A stretch of DNA of 59,142 nt, counting the filler. It is 4 parts of 4 records of this genome, joined end to end, with 100 filler letters (N's around TTAATTAATTAA, not from the genome) between each part and the next. Parts side by side here need not be neighbours in the genome. Positions count along the whole stretch, not along the records: positions 39,399 to 51,195 come from DRR723986_3516; positions 51,296 to 59,142 come from DRR723986_3517; 2 more parts are not named here. The stretch is one strand, 5' to 3'. The notes beneath the pieces were generated by a model. It saw only the letters and a program-made list of their open reading frames with translations. It did no database searches and was not told where the DNA came from. This document shows positions 50,380 to 59,142 of the stretch, piece after piece. Position 1 is the stretch's first letter. Every line of letters starts with the position of its first letter. A program made the position numbers and the translations under genes.

Positions 50380-51001
50380 AGCATGTTGGGCGAAGGTTCG
50401 AAGAGGCGGCAAAAGTGCTGCAAGAGGTTTTGACCGCGTCGAGCAACTACAGCACACTCGAGCAACACGCACGCCTCGCAGAATTTGAGCGTCTTGCAGA
50501 AGAAATTGCCGACGACGGCGGGTATGGGTTTTCGGTGCGCGGCACAGAAATGGGGCGAAGCCTGTATGCCAACTGGCCGCAGGTTCTTGCTTGGTGGATG
50601 AAGCTCCCGGGTGCCGAAGAGCCCGCCCCCAAAGACCTTCGTGCATGGTAGTTTTTCGTATCGGAGAATCTCGAATTTAGGCTCGGCATGGCTGTCGGAG
50701 CAGTAGTGGCGCGCGCTTGGTCCGAAGGTTGAGGGCCTTGCTAAGGAAATTGAGGCCACCGGTAACGTTTCAGCCGCGCCGCTGTACCGATTGCCTGTCG
50801 ATGACTTTCTTGAAGCCATGATCGGGCGGAAGAATGCCCCAAGGATCATTTTTTCACCGAAGCGTCTAAGTAGCGAGCTGTGGACAGAAAGCGTTACGGC
50901 TTTTGTCTATGCAGGCATCGAGCAGGCTTTTGTAGCAGCCGGGCGAGTGCCCGGAGCCAACGCCTCAGGCTACGCGGATGAATTGCGTGAACTTAAAGTA
51001 T
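50380..51001 (+). pseudogene. Probable degraded ORF truncated by IS6
   Basis: Protein-like pieces in different frames (50415-50651, about 50707-51001) broken by TAG stops; the last piece runs into the IS terminus at 51002. Confidence 0.35.
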
Positions 51002-51195
51002 GGTGCTGTCAGACCAATTCGAACCAGTCTCAGCTAGGACAGTGACACTACCGCTTATGCCGCGCAGAGACCGCGCCACTCGGACTAAGCTGCGGTGCGG
51101 TTCAACTCGAAGTCGTTGCGTTTGGAAAGGCTGCGTTCCTGATTGAAGTGGTTGCTGACGGAGGCATGGACGGCGGCGAATTTCTGCAAACTTCG
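51002..51195 (-). mobile_element. 3' end of an IS6-family element; transposase has a premature stop
   Basis: Minus strand reads RSLQKFAAVHASVSNHFNQERSLSKRNDFELNRTAA*SEWRGLCAA* (TAG at 51085-51087); terminus GGTGCTGTCAGACCAATTCGAACCAGTCTC (51002-51031). Confidence 0.8.
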
Positions 51196-51295
51196 NNNNN
51201 NNNNNNNNNNNNNNNNNNNNNNNNNNNNNNNNNNNNNNNTTAATTAATTAANNNNNNNNNNNNNNNNNNNNNNNNNNNNNNNNNNNNNNNNNNNN
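51196..51295. other. Artificial contig spacer
   Basis: 44 N + TTAATTAATTAA + 44 N. Confidence 0.97.
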
Positions 51296-51323
51296 CGGCA
51301 CCCAGCAAAACCAGTCGTTTCAT
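51296..51323 (-). CDS. Start of a probable FAD-dependent oxidoreductase, cut by the contig end
   Basis: GGAGATGAGG RBS, then MKRLVLLGA(G), like a Rossmann beta1; only 9 codons visible. Confidence 0.45.
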
Positions 51324-51396
51324 AACCTCATCTCCCGCCTGCCATGCTCACCACCCCGAGCTCTGATATGCTCCTCTCAGGAGGCCACCAAAATCC

Positions 51397-52101
51397 ATGT
51401 TGCGACACCCAATACGCGAAGAAGATCCCCGGATGGCGATCATCGTCCCCGTTCTCAACGAGATCGACGGTATCGAATCACTGCTGAGCCACCTGGAAAT
51501 CTGGCGTCAGCGGGGCGCCGAAATCATTGTGGTGGATGGCGGCAGCGACGACAAATCGGACAGTCTCATTGAAGCGAGGGGGTTTCCCCTGATTCGCTCT
51601 GCCCGCGGACGCGCAACCCAGATGAATGCTGGAGCACGCAGCAGCCAATCGCCTTTCCTGATATTCCTGCACTCGGACACCCGGTTGCCGGAGCATGCGG
51701 ACACGCAAGTAATGACTCACCTGGCACGCTCAGAAACCAGCTGGGGCCGTTTTGATGTTCGTATCGACGGCCGCTCCCGCCTGTTGCCGATCGTTGGCGC
51801 CATGATGAATCTGCGCTCGAGACTGACCGGCATCGCCACGGGCGATCAGGCCCTGTTTATGACTCGAACCCTGTTCGAGCAGGTCGGAGGCTTTCCGGAA
51901 CAACCACTGATGGAAGATGTGGAAATCTGCAAACGCCTGAAACACATCACGCCCCCGGTGTGTCTGAGTGACAGAGTGGTCACCTCCGGCCGGCGCTGGG
52001 ACCAGCGCGGCGGCTGGCGGACGATCTTTTTAATGTGGCAGTTGCGCTGGGCCTATTGGCGCGGCGTTCCCGCAGACCAACTGGCAGCCCGTTACCGATG
52101 A
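51397..52101 (+). CDS. TIGR04283-family GT2 glycosyltransferase (arsenosugar / rSAM-selenodomain associated)
   Basis: IIVPVLNE, VVDGGSDD, GRATQMNAGA, FLHSDT, ATGDQALF, PLMEDV, VVTSGRRW. Confidence 0.85.
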   Translation: MLRHPIREEDPRMAIIVPVLNEIDGIESLLSHLEIWRQRGAEIIVVDGGSDDKSDSLIEARGFPLIRSARGRATQMNAGARSSQSPFLIFLHSDTRLPEHADTQVMTHLARSETSWGRFDVRIDGRSRLLPIVGAMMNLRSRLTGIATGDQALFMTRTLFEQVGGFPEQPLMEDVEICKRLKHITPPVCLSDRVVTSGRRWDQRGGWRTIFLMWQLRWAYWRGVPADQLAARYR

Positions 52102-52721
52102 ACCAGACACGTATTATTGTTATCGCCAAAGAACCCCGGCCCGGAAAGGTAAAAACCCGCCTGATCCCGGCGTTGGGCGAGGCCGGTGCCGCCCGGCTGG
52201 CAGACCGCATGCTGCGGCACACTCTGGCGCAGGCCCTCGACGCCAATATCGGCCCGGTGGAGCTCTGTGTCAGCCCGGATCCTGCGGCAGAATACTGGCA
52301 ACAGTTGGACCCTGGTGACCGAGCCATCCTGTCTTCCCAGGCTGAAGGTGATCTGGGCCATCGCATGGCGGAAGCCGCCAGACATGCCCTGACAGCCGGC
52401 TTACCGGTGATCCTGATCGGAACGGACTGCCCGGATCTTGACGCCAACCGACTGAAGCAAATGGCCGGCGACCTCCTGAACCACGATGCCTGCCTGTGCC
52501 CGGTCGCCGACGGCGGCTATGCCCTGCTGGGGCTCCGGCGTTTCAGCCCGGCCCTCTTCACGGATATACCCTGGAGTACCGAACAGGTGGCCGCCATCAC
52601 CCGACAGCGTCTGGCGGCCCTGGGGTGGCGGCTGGCGGAGAGCGAAACCCTGAACGACGTCGACGAACCGGCTGACCTGCAAAGGCTGGCGACAGACTAT
52701 CCCGGACTGATGATGCCCTGA
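52098..52721 (+). CDS. TIGR04282-family (DUF2064) glycosyltransferase-like protein
   Basis: AKEPRPGKVKTRL, GDLGHRM, IGTDCPDL, DGGYALLG, IPWST, DVDEPAD; ATGA overlap with the previous gene. Confidence 0.85.
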   Translation: MNQTRIIVIAKEPRPGKVKTRLIPALGEAGAARLADRMLRHTLAQALDANIGPVELCVSPDPAAEYWQQLDPGDRAILSSQAEGDLGHRMAEAARHALTAGLPVILIGTDCPDLDANRLKQMAGDLLNHDACLCPVADGGYALLGLRRFSPALFTDIPWSTEQVAAITRQRLAALGWRLAESETLNDVDEPADLQRLATDYPGLMMP

Positions 52722-52832
52722 GTGACTGACCGGCTGCCGACACCTCCGGACCGTGGTACCATCGCGGGTTTTGGTATCCCGAACGGCGTGCCACCACCCT
52801 TGCCGATGTTTACCCGGAAGAATTGAGGAACT

Positions 52833-55457
52833 ATGACGGACCTGTCCAAGCACACCCCGATGATGCAGCAGTACCTGAAAATCAAGGGAGAACACCCGAA
52901 CGAGATGGTGTTCTACCGCATGGGGGACTTCTACGAGCTGTTTTACGACGACGCTAAAAAAGCCGCAGAGTTGCTGGACATTACCTTGACCGCACGTGGC
53001 CAGTCCGGAGGTAATCCGATTCCCATGGCAGGGGTACCCTTCCATTCGGCCGAAGGCTACATTGCCCGCATGGTTCGCGCGGGCCAGTCCATCGCTATCT
53101 GCGAGCAGATTGGAGATCCTGCCACCAGCAAGGGCCCGGTGGAACGCAAGGTCGTGCGCATTGTCACTCCCGGCACACTGAGTGACGAGGCGTTTCTGGA
53201 AGACCGCCGCGATAACCTGCTGGCAGCCATCTACCATCACAAAGAGCAGTTCGGCTTTGCCTCTCTGGATATTTCCAGTGGCCGGTTCGCGGTGTCGGAA
53301 CTGGAGAGCCTTGAAGCCCTGCAGGGTGAGCTCCAGCGCCTGCGACCCGCTGAGATCCTGATCAGCGAGGATTTTCCCTATACCGACATCCTTGAGGGTT
53401 TCACCGGCGTACGCCGTCAGGGCCCCTGGCTGTTTGAATCGGACACCGCCCTCCGGGTGATCACCCAGCAGTTGCAGGTACGCGATCTCACCGGCTTTGG
53501 CTGCGAAGACCTGACCCTGGCCGTTTGCGCTGCAGGCTGCCTGTTGCAATACGCCAAGGAGACCCAGCGCACGGCGCTGCCGCATATCCGCAAACTGACC
53601 CGCGAACGCCGGGAAGACGCCGTGATACTGGATGCCGCCAGCCGCCGTAATCTGGAAATCGACACCAACCTGATGGGTGGCCAACAACACACCCTGGCCT
53701 GGGTGATGGACCGCACCGCCACTGCCATGGGAGCCCGGGAGCTCCGACGCTGGCTGAATCGTCCACTTCGGGATGTTGAGCGCGTGCGCCAGCGCCAGCA
53801 GGCAGTATCTGCGCTGCTGGACGGTTTCCACTATGAGCCGGTGCACGATCTACTGAAACGGGTGGGTGATATCGAACGGATTCTGGCCCGGGTTGCCCTG
53901 CGTTCTGCCCGCCCCAGGGACCTTGCGCGCCTGCGCGACGCTTTTCATGCCCTGCCAGAACTGCAGGAGGCACTGAAACCGGTCAACTCACACCATATCG
54001 TGAAGCTGGCCACCGTCATCGGTGAATACCCGGAACTGGCCGACCTGCTGGAACGCGCCATCATCGACAACCCGCCGGTGGTAATTCGTGATGGCGGAGT
54101 GATTGCCGAAGGCTTCGACGAAGAATTGGATGAACTCCGCAACATCAGTGAAAACGCCGGCCAGTATCTGCTGGATGTGGAAACCCGGGAGCGTGAACGC
54201 ACCGGCATTTCCACCCTGAAAGTGGGCTACAACCGGGTGCATGGTTACTACATCGAAATCAGCCGGGCGCAGTCTGACCAGGCACCCGTGGACTATATCC
54301 GCCGCCAGACCCTGAAAAACGCCGAACGCTTCATCACCCCGGAACTGAAAGAGTTTGAGGACAAGGCACTGAGCGCCAAAAGCCGTGCCCTGGCCCGGGA
54401 AAAAGGCCTGTACGACGACGTCCTGGAAACCGTGGCCGAACAGCTGGCCCCGCTGCAGGACGCCGCCCAGGCCCTGGCCGAACTCGACGTGCTGAGCAAC
54501 TTCGCCGAACGAGCCACGTCCCTGCGCTTCACCGCGCCGGAATTTACCGACCAGCCAGGATTTGATGTGGAGGAAGGTCGGCACCCGGTGGTGGAGCAGC
54601 TGCTCGACGAGCCGTTTGTGCCCAACAACCTGTTGATGGATACCAAACGCCGCATGCTGGTGATCACCGGCCCGAACATGGGCGGTAAGTCCACCTACAT
54701 GCGCCAGGCCGCCCTGATTGCCCTGCTGGCCTACACCGGCAGTTTCGTGCCCGCCAACCGCGCCGTGCTTGGCCCGGTGGACAGGATCTTCACTCGCATG
54801 GGCTCCTCGGATGACATAGCCGGTGGCCGCTCCACCTTCATGGTGGAAATGACCGAAACCGCCAATATCCTGCACAATGCCACCGAACACAGCCTGGTGT
54901 TGATGGATGAAGTGGGCCGCGGCACCAGCACCTTCGACGGCCTGTCGCTGGCCTGGGCCACGGCTGAGCACCTGGCAAAGAACATCCGGTGTTACACCCT
55001 GTTCGCCACCCACTACTTCGAGCTGACCCAGTTGGCCGATGACCTCGAACATGCGGTTAACGTGCACCTGACCGCCACCGAGCACGACGACTCCATCGTG
55101 TTTCTGCACAATGTGCACGATGGCCCGGCAAGCCAGAGTTACGGGCTGCAGGTGGCAAAACTGGCCGGTGTACCCCAGGATGTGATCCGCAACGCCAAGA
55201 CCCAGCTGGCGCATCTGGAAGGCCTGGAAGCAGGCAGCAACCCGTCGCCGGCACCCGTGAGCGTTAACGAGCCGAAACCGGCTGCACCATCTGCGACAAA
55301 GGCCGCCAGTGTCGACGCGGTGTACCAGGGCGATATGTTTGCCATGGCCGAGCCGAGCGTGGTGGAACAGGCCCTGGAACAGCTCGATCTGGACGGCATT
55401 ACCCCAAGAGACGCGCTGAACCAACTTTATGAACTCAAGGGGTTACTGGCAAAATAA
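52833..55457 (+). CDS. mutS: DNA mismatch repair protein MutS
   Basis: [41 protein letters not shown]. Confidence 0.98.
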   Translation: MTDLSKHTPMMQQYLKIKGEHPNEMVFYRMGDFYELFYDDAKKAAELLDITLTARGQSGGNPIPMAGVPFHSAEGYIARMVRAGQSIAICEQIGDPATSKGPVERKVVRIVTPGTLSDEAFLEDRRDNLLAAIYHHKEQFGFASLDISSGRFAVSELESLEALQGELQRLRPAEILISEDFPYTDILEGFTGVRRQGPWLFESDTALRVITQQLQVRDLTGFGCEDLTLAVCAAGCLLQYAKETQRTALPHIRKLTRERREDAVILDAASRRNLEIDTNLMGGQQHTLAWVMDRTATAMGARELRRWLNRPLRDVERVRQRQQAVSALLDGFHYEPVHDLLKRVGDIERILARVALRSARPRDLARLRDAFHALPELQEALKPVNSHHIVKLATVIGEYPELADLLERAIIDNPPVVIRDGGVIAEGFDEELDELRNISENAGQYLLDVETRERERTGISTLKVGYNRVHGYYIEISRAQSDQAPVDYIRRQTLKNAERFITPELKEFEDKALSAKSRALAREKGLYDDVLETVAEQLAPLQDAAQALAELDVLSNFAERATSLRFTAPEFTDQPGFDVEEGRHPVVEQLLDEPFVPNNLLMDTKRRMLVITGPNMGGKSTYMRQAALIALLAYTGSFVPANRAVLGPVDRIFTRMGSSDDIAGGRSTFMVEMTETANILHNATEHSLVLMDEVGRGTSTFDGLSLAWATAEHLAKNIRCYTLFATHYFELTQLADDLEHAVNVHLTATEHDDSIVFLHNVHDGPASQSYGLQVAKLAGVPQDVIRNAKTQLAHLEGLEAGSNPSPAPVSVNEPKPAAPSATKAASVDAVYQGDMFAMAEPSVVEQALEQLDLDGITPRDALNQLYELKGLLAK

Positions 55458-55620
55458 CAGCATTCTGCGCCAAACTTGATCTGGGTAATAACGATATAGC
55501 AGGCCAACGCTTGCGGCAGTGTGGGGGGCTCCCTACAATATCGCTCCAAATTATAAACGGGGCCGGGTAACTGACAGGCTCCTGATGAGACTGAATCTTC
55601 TACGAACCAGGGATCTGACT

Positions 55621-55944
55621 ATGGCGTTTATCGTTACTGATAACTGCATCAAGTGTAAATACACCGACTGCGTGGAAGTCTGCCCCGTGGACTGCTTCTA
55701 CGAAGGCCCCAACTTTCTGGTGATCGACCCGGACGAGTGCATTGACTGCGCCCTGTGCGAGCCAGAGTGCCCGGCCGAGGCAATCTTCTCGGAAGACGAG
55801 CTACCGGCAGGCCAGGAAGCCTTTGTTGAAATCAACGCAGAGCTGGCCGGCAAGTGGCCCAACATCACTGAAAAGAAAGACCCGCTGCCAGATGCCGAAG
55901 AGTGGGACGGTAAGCCCGACAAACTCAAGTACCTGGAGCGCTGA
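55621..55944 (+). CDS. fdxA: 7Fe ferredoxin FdxA
   Basis: [29 protein letters not shown]...[12 protein letters not shown]; next to mutS. Confidence 0.95.
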   Translation: MAFIVTDNCIKCKYTDCVEVCPVDCFYEGPNFLVIDPDECIDCALCEPECPAEAIFSEDELPAGQEAFVEINAELAGKWPNITEKKDPLPDAEEWDGKPDKLKYLER

Positions 55945-55963
55945 GACCAGGCCGCGCGCAAAC

Positions 55964-55997
55964 AAAAAGGCCGGAGGCATCACCTCCGGCCTTTTTT
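55964..55997. terminator. Bidirectional intrinsic terminator
   Basis: AAAAAGGCCGGAGG-CATCA-CCTCCGGCCTTTTTT between convergent genes. Confidence 0.9.
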
Positions 55998-56017
55998 GTG
56001 TTTGGCCCTGATGCGTT

Positions 56018-57052
56018 TCAGCCAGCGGCCGCCAGCAGCTTTTTCGTCGCCGCCGAACGATAGAACGGTTCCAGCCTGCGCCGCAACAACGCCTCCAGAT
56101 AGCCCTCCTGCCGGAGCAGATCCACCAGCGGCAAGCCCACCGCTTCAAGTTCTGTGACAATCACTTCCCGCGTGACGCCGATATCCGCGAGCAGGTTCAT
56201 CACTGGTTGGTTACCATAGCGGGCATACAATCCCTCCACTACTGCCTGAACACAGCCCTCAAAATACGGTGTCTGGCGGAAATGCAGCCAGAAGTCATAG
56301 CCCAGCACCACAAATTCCTGCAGCTGAACATCACCCAGTCCGTCCTGCAGATCCTCGATGGTTCGGTCTTCGAGAGACACCCAGGCCGCCATGACGGTGT
56401 CACGCAGTTCGTCATCACTCAAAGCCTTGTGCAGGAACTGCTCACTTCGGGCAATCAGGCTCGGCAGGCTGTCCGAAAGCCAGGCCTTGATGCGGCGTTC
56501 AAAGGTCTCATCCAGCCCCGGCACGGCCTTGTTAGCCATTTTCTTGCCGAATTTCATCATCGAGCCCACCCCGGGTACTGAGCGGGTAATCAGATTATCC
56601 TCGTAGAGGTAGTTCACCAGGCCGTGATAGACCACATTCGACACCAGCTCCTGATAAACCGGGTGCGCCATAATCTCACTGATCACCCGTTCCCGCTGGT
56701 GGCGCAACTCCAGGGCTTCCTCAACAAACGCACTGGCCTGCTCCCGGGACAGAATATCGCCCAGCCTGGTCTGGCTCTGAACCGGGGCCTTCAACACTTC
56801 GGTTGCCAGGTCCGCTGCCAGCTCCGGAATGCCGGCATCCAGCTCCATGCTCACCACCACTCGCCGGATCAGGCCCATAATCTGCTCGGCACTGACCACG
56901 CGTTCCAGGGTCACGCTATTGGCATACTCCAGCAGTTCGTCCACTTCCTGATGCAGGAACTTTTTCAGTTTGGCGCCTTTCAGGGCATTCAGCTCGTGCC
57001 GAACGTGGGCTTCAAGTAATTGGTCCGCCAGGGTTGAGGTGGTCTCGGTCAT
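56018..57052 (-). CDS. Hypothetical, predicted all-helical protein
   Basis: 344-aa ORF filling the gap between the terminator and degV; no catalytic motif recognised. Confidence 0.75.
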   Translation of the reverse strand: MTETTSTLADQLLEAHVRHELNALKGAKLKKFLHQEVDELLEYANSVTLERVVSAEQIMGLIRRVVVSMELDAGIPELAADLATEVLKAPVQSQTRLGDILSREQASAFVEEALELRHQRERVISEIMAHPVYQELVSNVVYHGLVNYLYEDNLITRSVPGVGSMMKFGKKMANKAVPGLDETFERRIKAWLSDSLPSLIARSEQFLHKALSDDELRDTVMAAWVSLEDRTIEDLQDGLGDVQLQEFVVLGYDFWLHFRQTPYFEGCVQAVVEGLYARYGNQPVMNLLADIGVTREVIVTELEAVGLPLVDLLRQEGYLEALLRRRLEPFYRSAATKKLLAAAG

Positions 57053-57181
57053 AAGCCTGTTTTCCTTTGCCAGGTTTTCTTGTCTGGCAAAGAGGCTAAC
57101 ACGTTCCGGGGTAAGGCGGGTTTGCCCGAACTACACCTTCAGGCGTGATACAGGGCCAGTCTGGCGACCGGCCCGTTCGAT

Positions 57182-58132
57182 TTACTGAAAATCACTGAAC
57201 TCGTGAGGCTCGGCTGCCAACGCCAGGCAGATACTGCCCGGCCCCACATAAATGGCACTGGTAATGCCCATCTGGGACAACAACAGCTCAACGCCGTTCT
57301 GCTCGCAGGCGTCGCGAAGCCGATTCAGGCCCGGCAGATCCTCGATTTCGGTCCAGCTCAGGCCACAGGAAAGGCTGACGTACGGCGTCAGCAAACCAGC
57401 TTCCACCCGGGCGACCGCGTAATTCATCACCTTCTCTACAGCCATGTCGAAGTTACGGGTCTTGGCAACCGGTTTGCCTTCCACACCCTGCCCGAAAATC
57501 ACCGGGATGATGTTCAGCGCCTTACCCAGGAAAGCCGCCACCGCAGACACGCTTTTGTCCCCTCGGCGCCGGGCGCGTTCACGGATGTAATGCAGATCCC
57601 GGGGAATGACACAGGTGTAGATTTTGTCGGTGAAGGTTTCCACTTCATGGCGAAGCGCATTCTTCGATACTTTCTGGCCAATCAGCTTCAGCGTGTGAGC
57701 CGCCAGCAGCCCCTGGCCGGCAAAGATCTGTTTGCTGTCGATCACCCGCATGGAAAACTTACCATCCCGGCTTGCAGCCTTGCGCGCCTCTTCATAATGC
57801 GCCATCACAGAGTTCATGGCTTCAGATGCGTTCTGGTAAATCAGGCTCCGGCTGCGGGTAACGGTTTCGCAGATGGCGACATCAAATTCGGTGACAATTT
57901 TTTCCATAAAAAGATCATGAATCTGCTCGGCGCTGAACGCCTCCGTTTCCGCCTGGTGCCCCTTATCGAGCAGGCCGCTCTGATAGAACTCCTGAGTACG
58001 GACAGGATCGTGGTTATCGATGTAGGTCTGGCCATCAATAATGGCCGTGACGGGCAGCACAAACAGGTCGTGTTTGCGGGCGAATTCATAGGGTAGATCA
58101 CAGGCGCTATCAACGATCAGACCAACTCGCAT
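57182..58132 (-). CDS. DegV (fatty-acid-binding) family protein
   Basis: LIVDSACDLP, RVIDSK..FAGQG, LGKALNIIPVI, YVGPG. Confidence 0.85.
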   Translation of the reverse strand: MRVGLIVDSACDLPYEFARKHDLFVLPVTAIIDGQTYIDNHDPVRTQEFYQSGLLDKGHQAETEAFSAEQIHDLFMEKIVTEFDVAICETVTRSRSLIYQNASEAMNSVMAHYEEARKAASRDGKFSMRVIDSKQIFAGQGLLAAHTLKLIGQKVSKNALRHEVETFTDKIYTCVIPRDLHYIRERARRRGDKSVSAVAAFLGKALNIIPVIFGQGVEGKPVAKTRNFDMAVEKVMNYAVARVEAGLLTPYVSLSCGLSWTEIEDLPGLNRLRDACEQNGVELLLSQMGITSAIYVGPGSICLALAAEPHEFSDFQ

Positions 58133-58249
58133 GCTGAATGTCTCCGGGTTCGGGCGCGTCCTCTGGCGGGTACGCCCTTTCTTATGATTATTTTGCAGCG
58201 CCCCAGTGTTACACAGGCTGATGAAAATTTCAGCAACCCGGGAACCGGA

Positions 58250-59068
58250 TCAGGCTTCCAGTTCCCTCAGATTGGCTTCCAGCAAACCGCGATTGTCCTG
58301 CTGCCACGGATGAAAATCCCGCCGGAAATAGGCCAGAAAATCCGGCAGGCACTTGCGCAGAACCCCCGGCTTGCCCCACAGGAAATTCAGCCCGCCCAAC
58401 CAGGTTCTCAGGCTCCAGAGCTTGCCGTCGGTTTTCAGAAGGCTGCAGGTATTAAGGAAGGTGTAGCGGAAGAAATTCCAGGTTACGAACAGGAACACGA
58501 TCCGGCGAAGCTTGTCGTTGCCAATACAGGCACGGTATACGTCGAAAGCCACCGACTTGTGTTCGGTTTCCTCAATGGCATGCCAGCGCCACAGCCTCTT
58601 CATGGTTGGAGTCGCCCCTTCCATCCACTCCGGGTGACTGAGAATTGCGTTGGCCAGAACGGCCGTGTAGTGCTCAGCACCACAAGTCCCGGCCAGCTGC
58701 CGACTCGGCGGCAGGCGCCCGACCCACTCCATATGTTTGCGGAACCGTTCGTCCAGGGCATCAATATCGTAGCCCCGGGCTTTCAGAGCCTCGTTGTATT
58801 CCTTGTGCTCGCGGCTATGCAGAGCCTCCTGGCCGATAAAGCCCTTGATCTCCTCCTTCAACTTGGGATCGGTAATCTGATCCCGGTAGAGCCGGACTGC
58901 GTTGATAAACTGTTGCTCGCCATCCGGAAACTGCAGGGACAAGGCATTGAAAAAGGCCGTTCGAAAGGCATCGTTACCGTGCCAGAGCGTTCTCAGTTCG
59001 GTTCGAACATCGAACCGCAGGTGCCGGGGTTTGACCGTGACACCATCGGGGGTGGAGCTGATCGTCAT
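58250..59068 (-). CDS. PF10118 'metal-dependent hydrolase' family protein
   Basis: FFNALSLQFPDGEQQFI, FIGQEALHSREH, AEHYTA, WHAIEETEHKSVAFDVY, FHPW. Confidence 0.85.
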   Translation of the reverse strand: MTISSTPDGVTVKPRHLRFDVRTELRTLWHGNDAFRTAFFNALSLQFPDGEQQFINAVRLYRDQITDPKLKEEIKGFIGQEALHSREHKEYNEALKARGYDIDALDERFRKHMEWVGRLPPSRQLAGTCGAEHYTAVLANAILSHPEWMEGATPTMKRLWRWHAIEETEHKSVAFDVYRACIGNDKLRRIVFLFVTWNFFRYTFLNTCSLLKTDGKLWSLRTWLGGLNFLWGKPGVLRKCLPDFLAYFRRDFHPWQQDNRGLLEANLRELEA

Positions 59069-59142
59069 GGCAGCCTCCTGTGGTCTGTTTGTTATTATCG
59101 GGAGTTTGACTGCGGATAATTTTTAACCAACGGGATCAGTTT

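Noticed and set aside
55476-55489. TTGAT-CTGG-GTAAT as an FNR/Anr box upstream of fdxA
   Set aside because: Only one half-site matches

Overview
The window is not one locus. It is four unrelated contigs joined by identical 100-bp spacers (44 N + TTAATTAATTAA + 44 N at 21954-22053, 39299-39398, 51196-51295), so no gene context can be read across the spacers. Taxonomic labels below are inferred from gene content only. Contig 1 (1-21953, alphaproteobacterial, Roseibium/Labrenzia-like) has a minus-strand run moxR-hyp-sixA-ycjX-ycjF-autotransporter-rmlC-like-Gfo/Idh/MocA-GT2-VWA. It then has a sigma54-driven flgE-flgK-flgL operon, an RHH/VOC/Tat-subunit/GMC-dehydrogenase module, flaF-flbT and two flagellins. 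Contig 2 (22054-39298, gammaproteobacterial, Halieaceae-like) is housekeeping (gmk to rpoH). It includes a Crc-like degenerate ExoIII, a long membrane-anchored AlgC, no dut gene, and a perfect CIRCE upstream of rpoH. Contig 3 (39399-51195, Rhodobacteraceae-like) is the best candidate for an undescribed system: about 11.5 kb bounded on both sides by inward-facing IS6-type ends. It encodes three sulfotransferases, three SAM methyltransferases (one fused to a GT10-like domain) and a GT2-GT4 fusion with a coiled-coil tail. Contig 4 (51296-59142, Marinobacter-like) carries the TIGR04283/TIGR04282 glycosyltransferase pair, mutS, fdxA, a hypothetical gene, DegV and a PF10118 protein. No rRNA, tRNA or CRISPR array was seen. 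All family calls are by-eye motif recognition; no searches were run.
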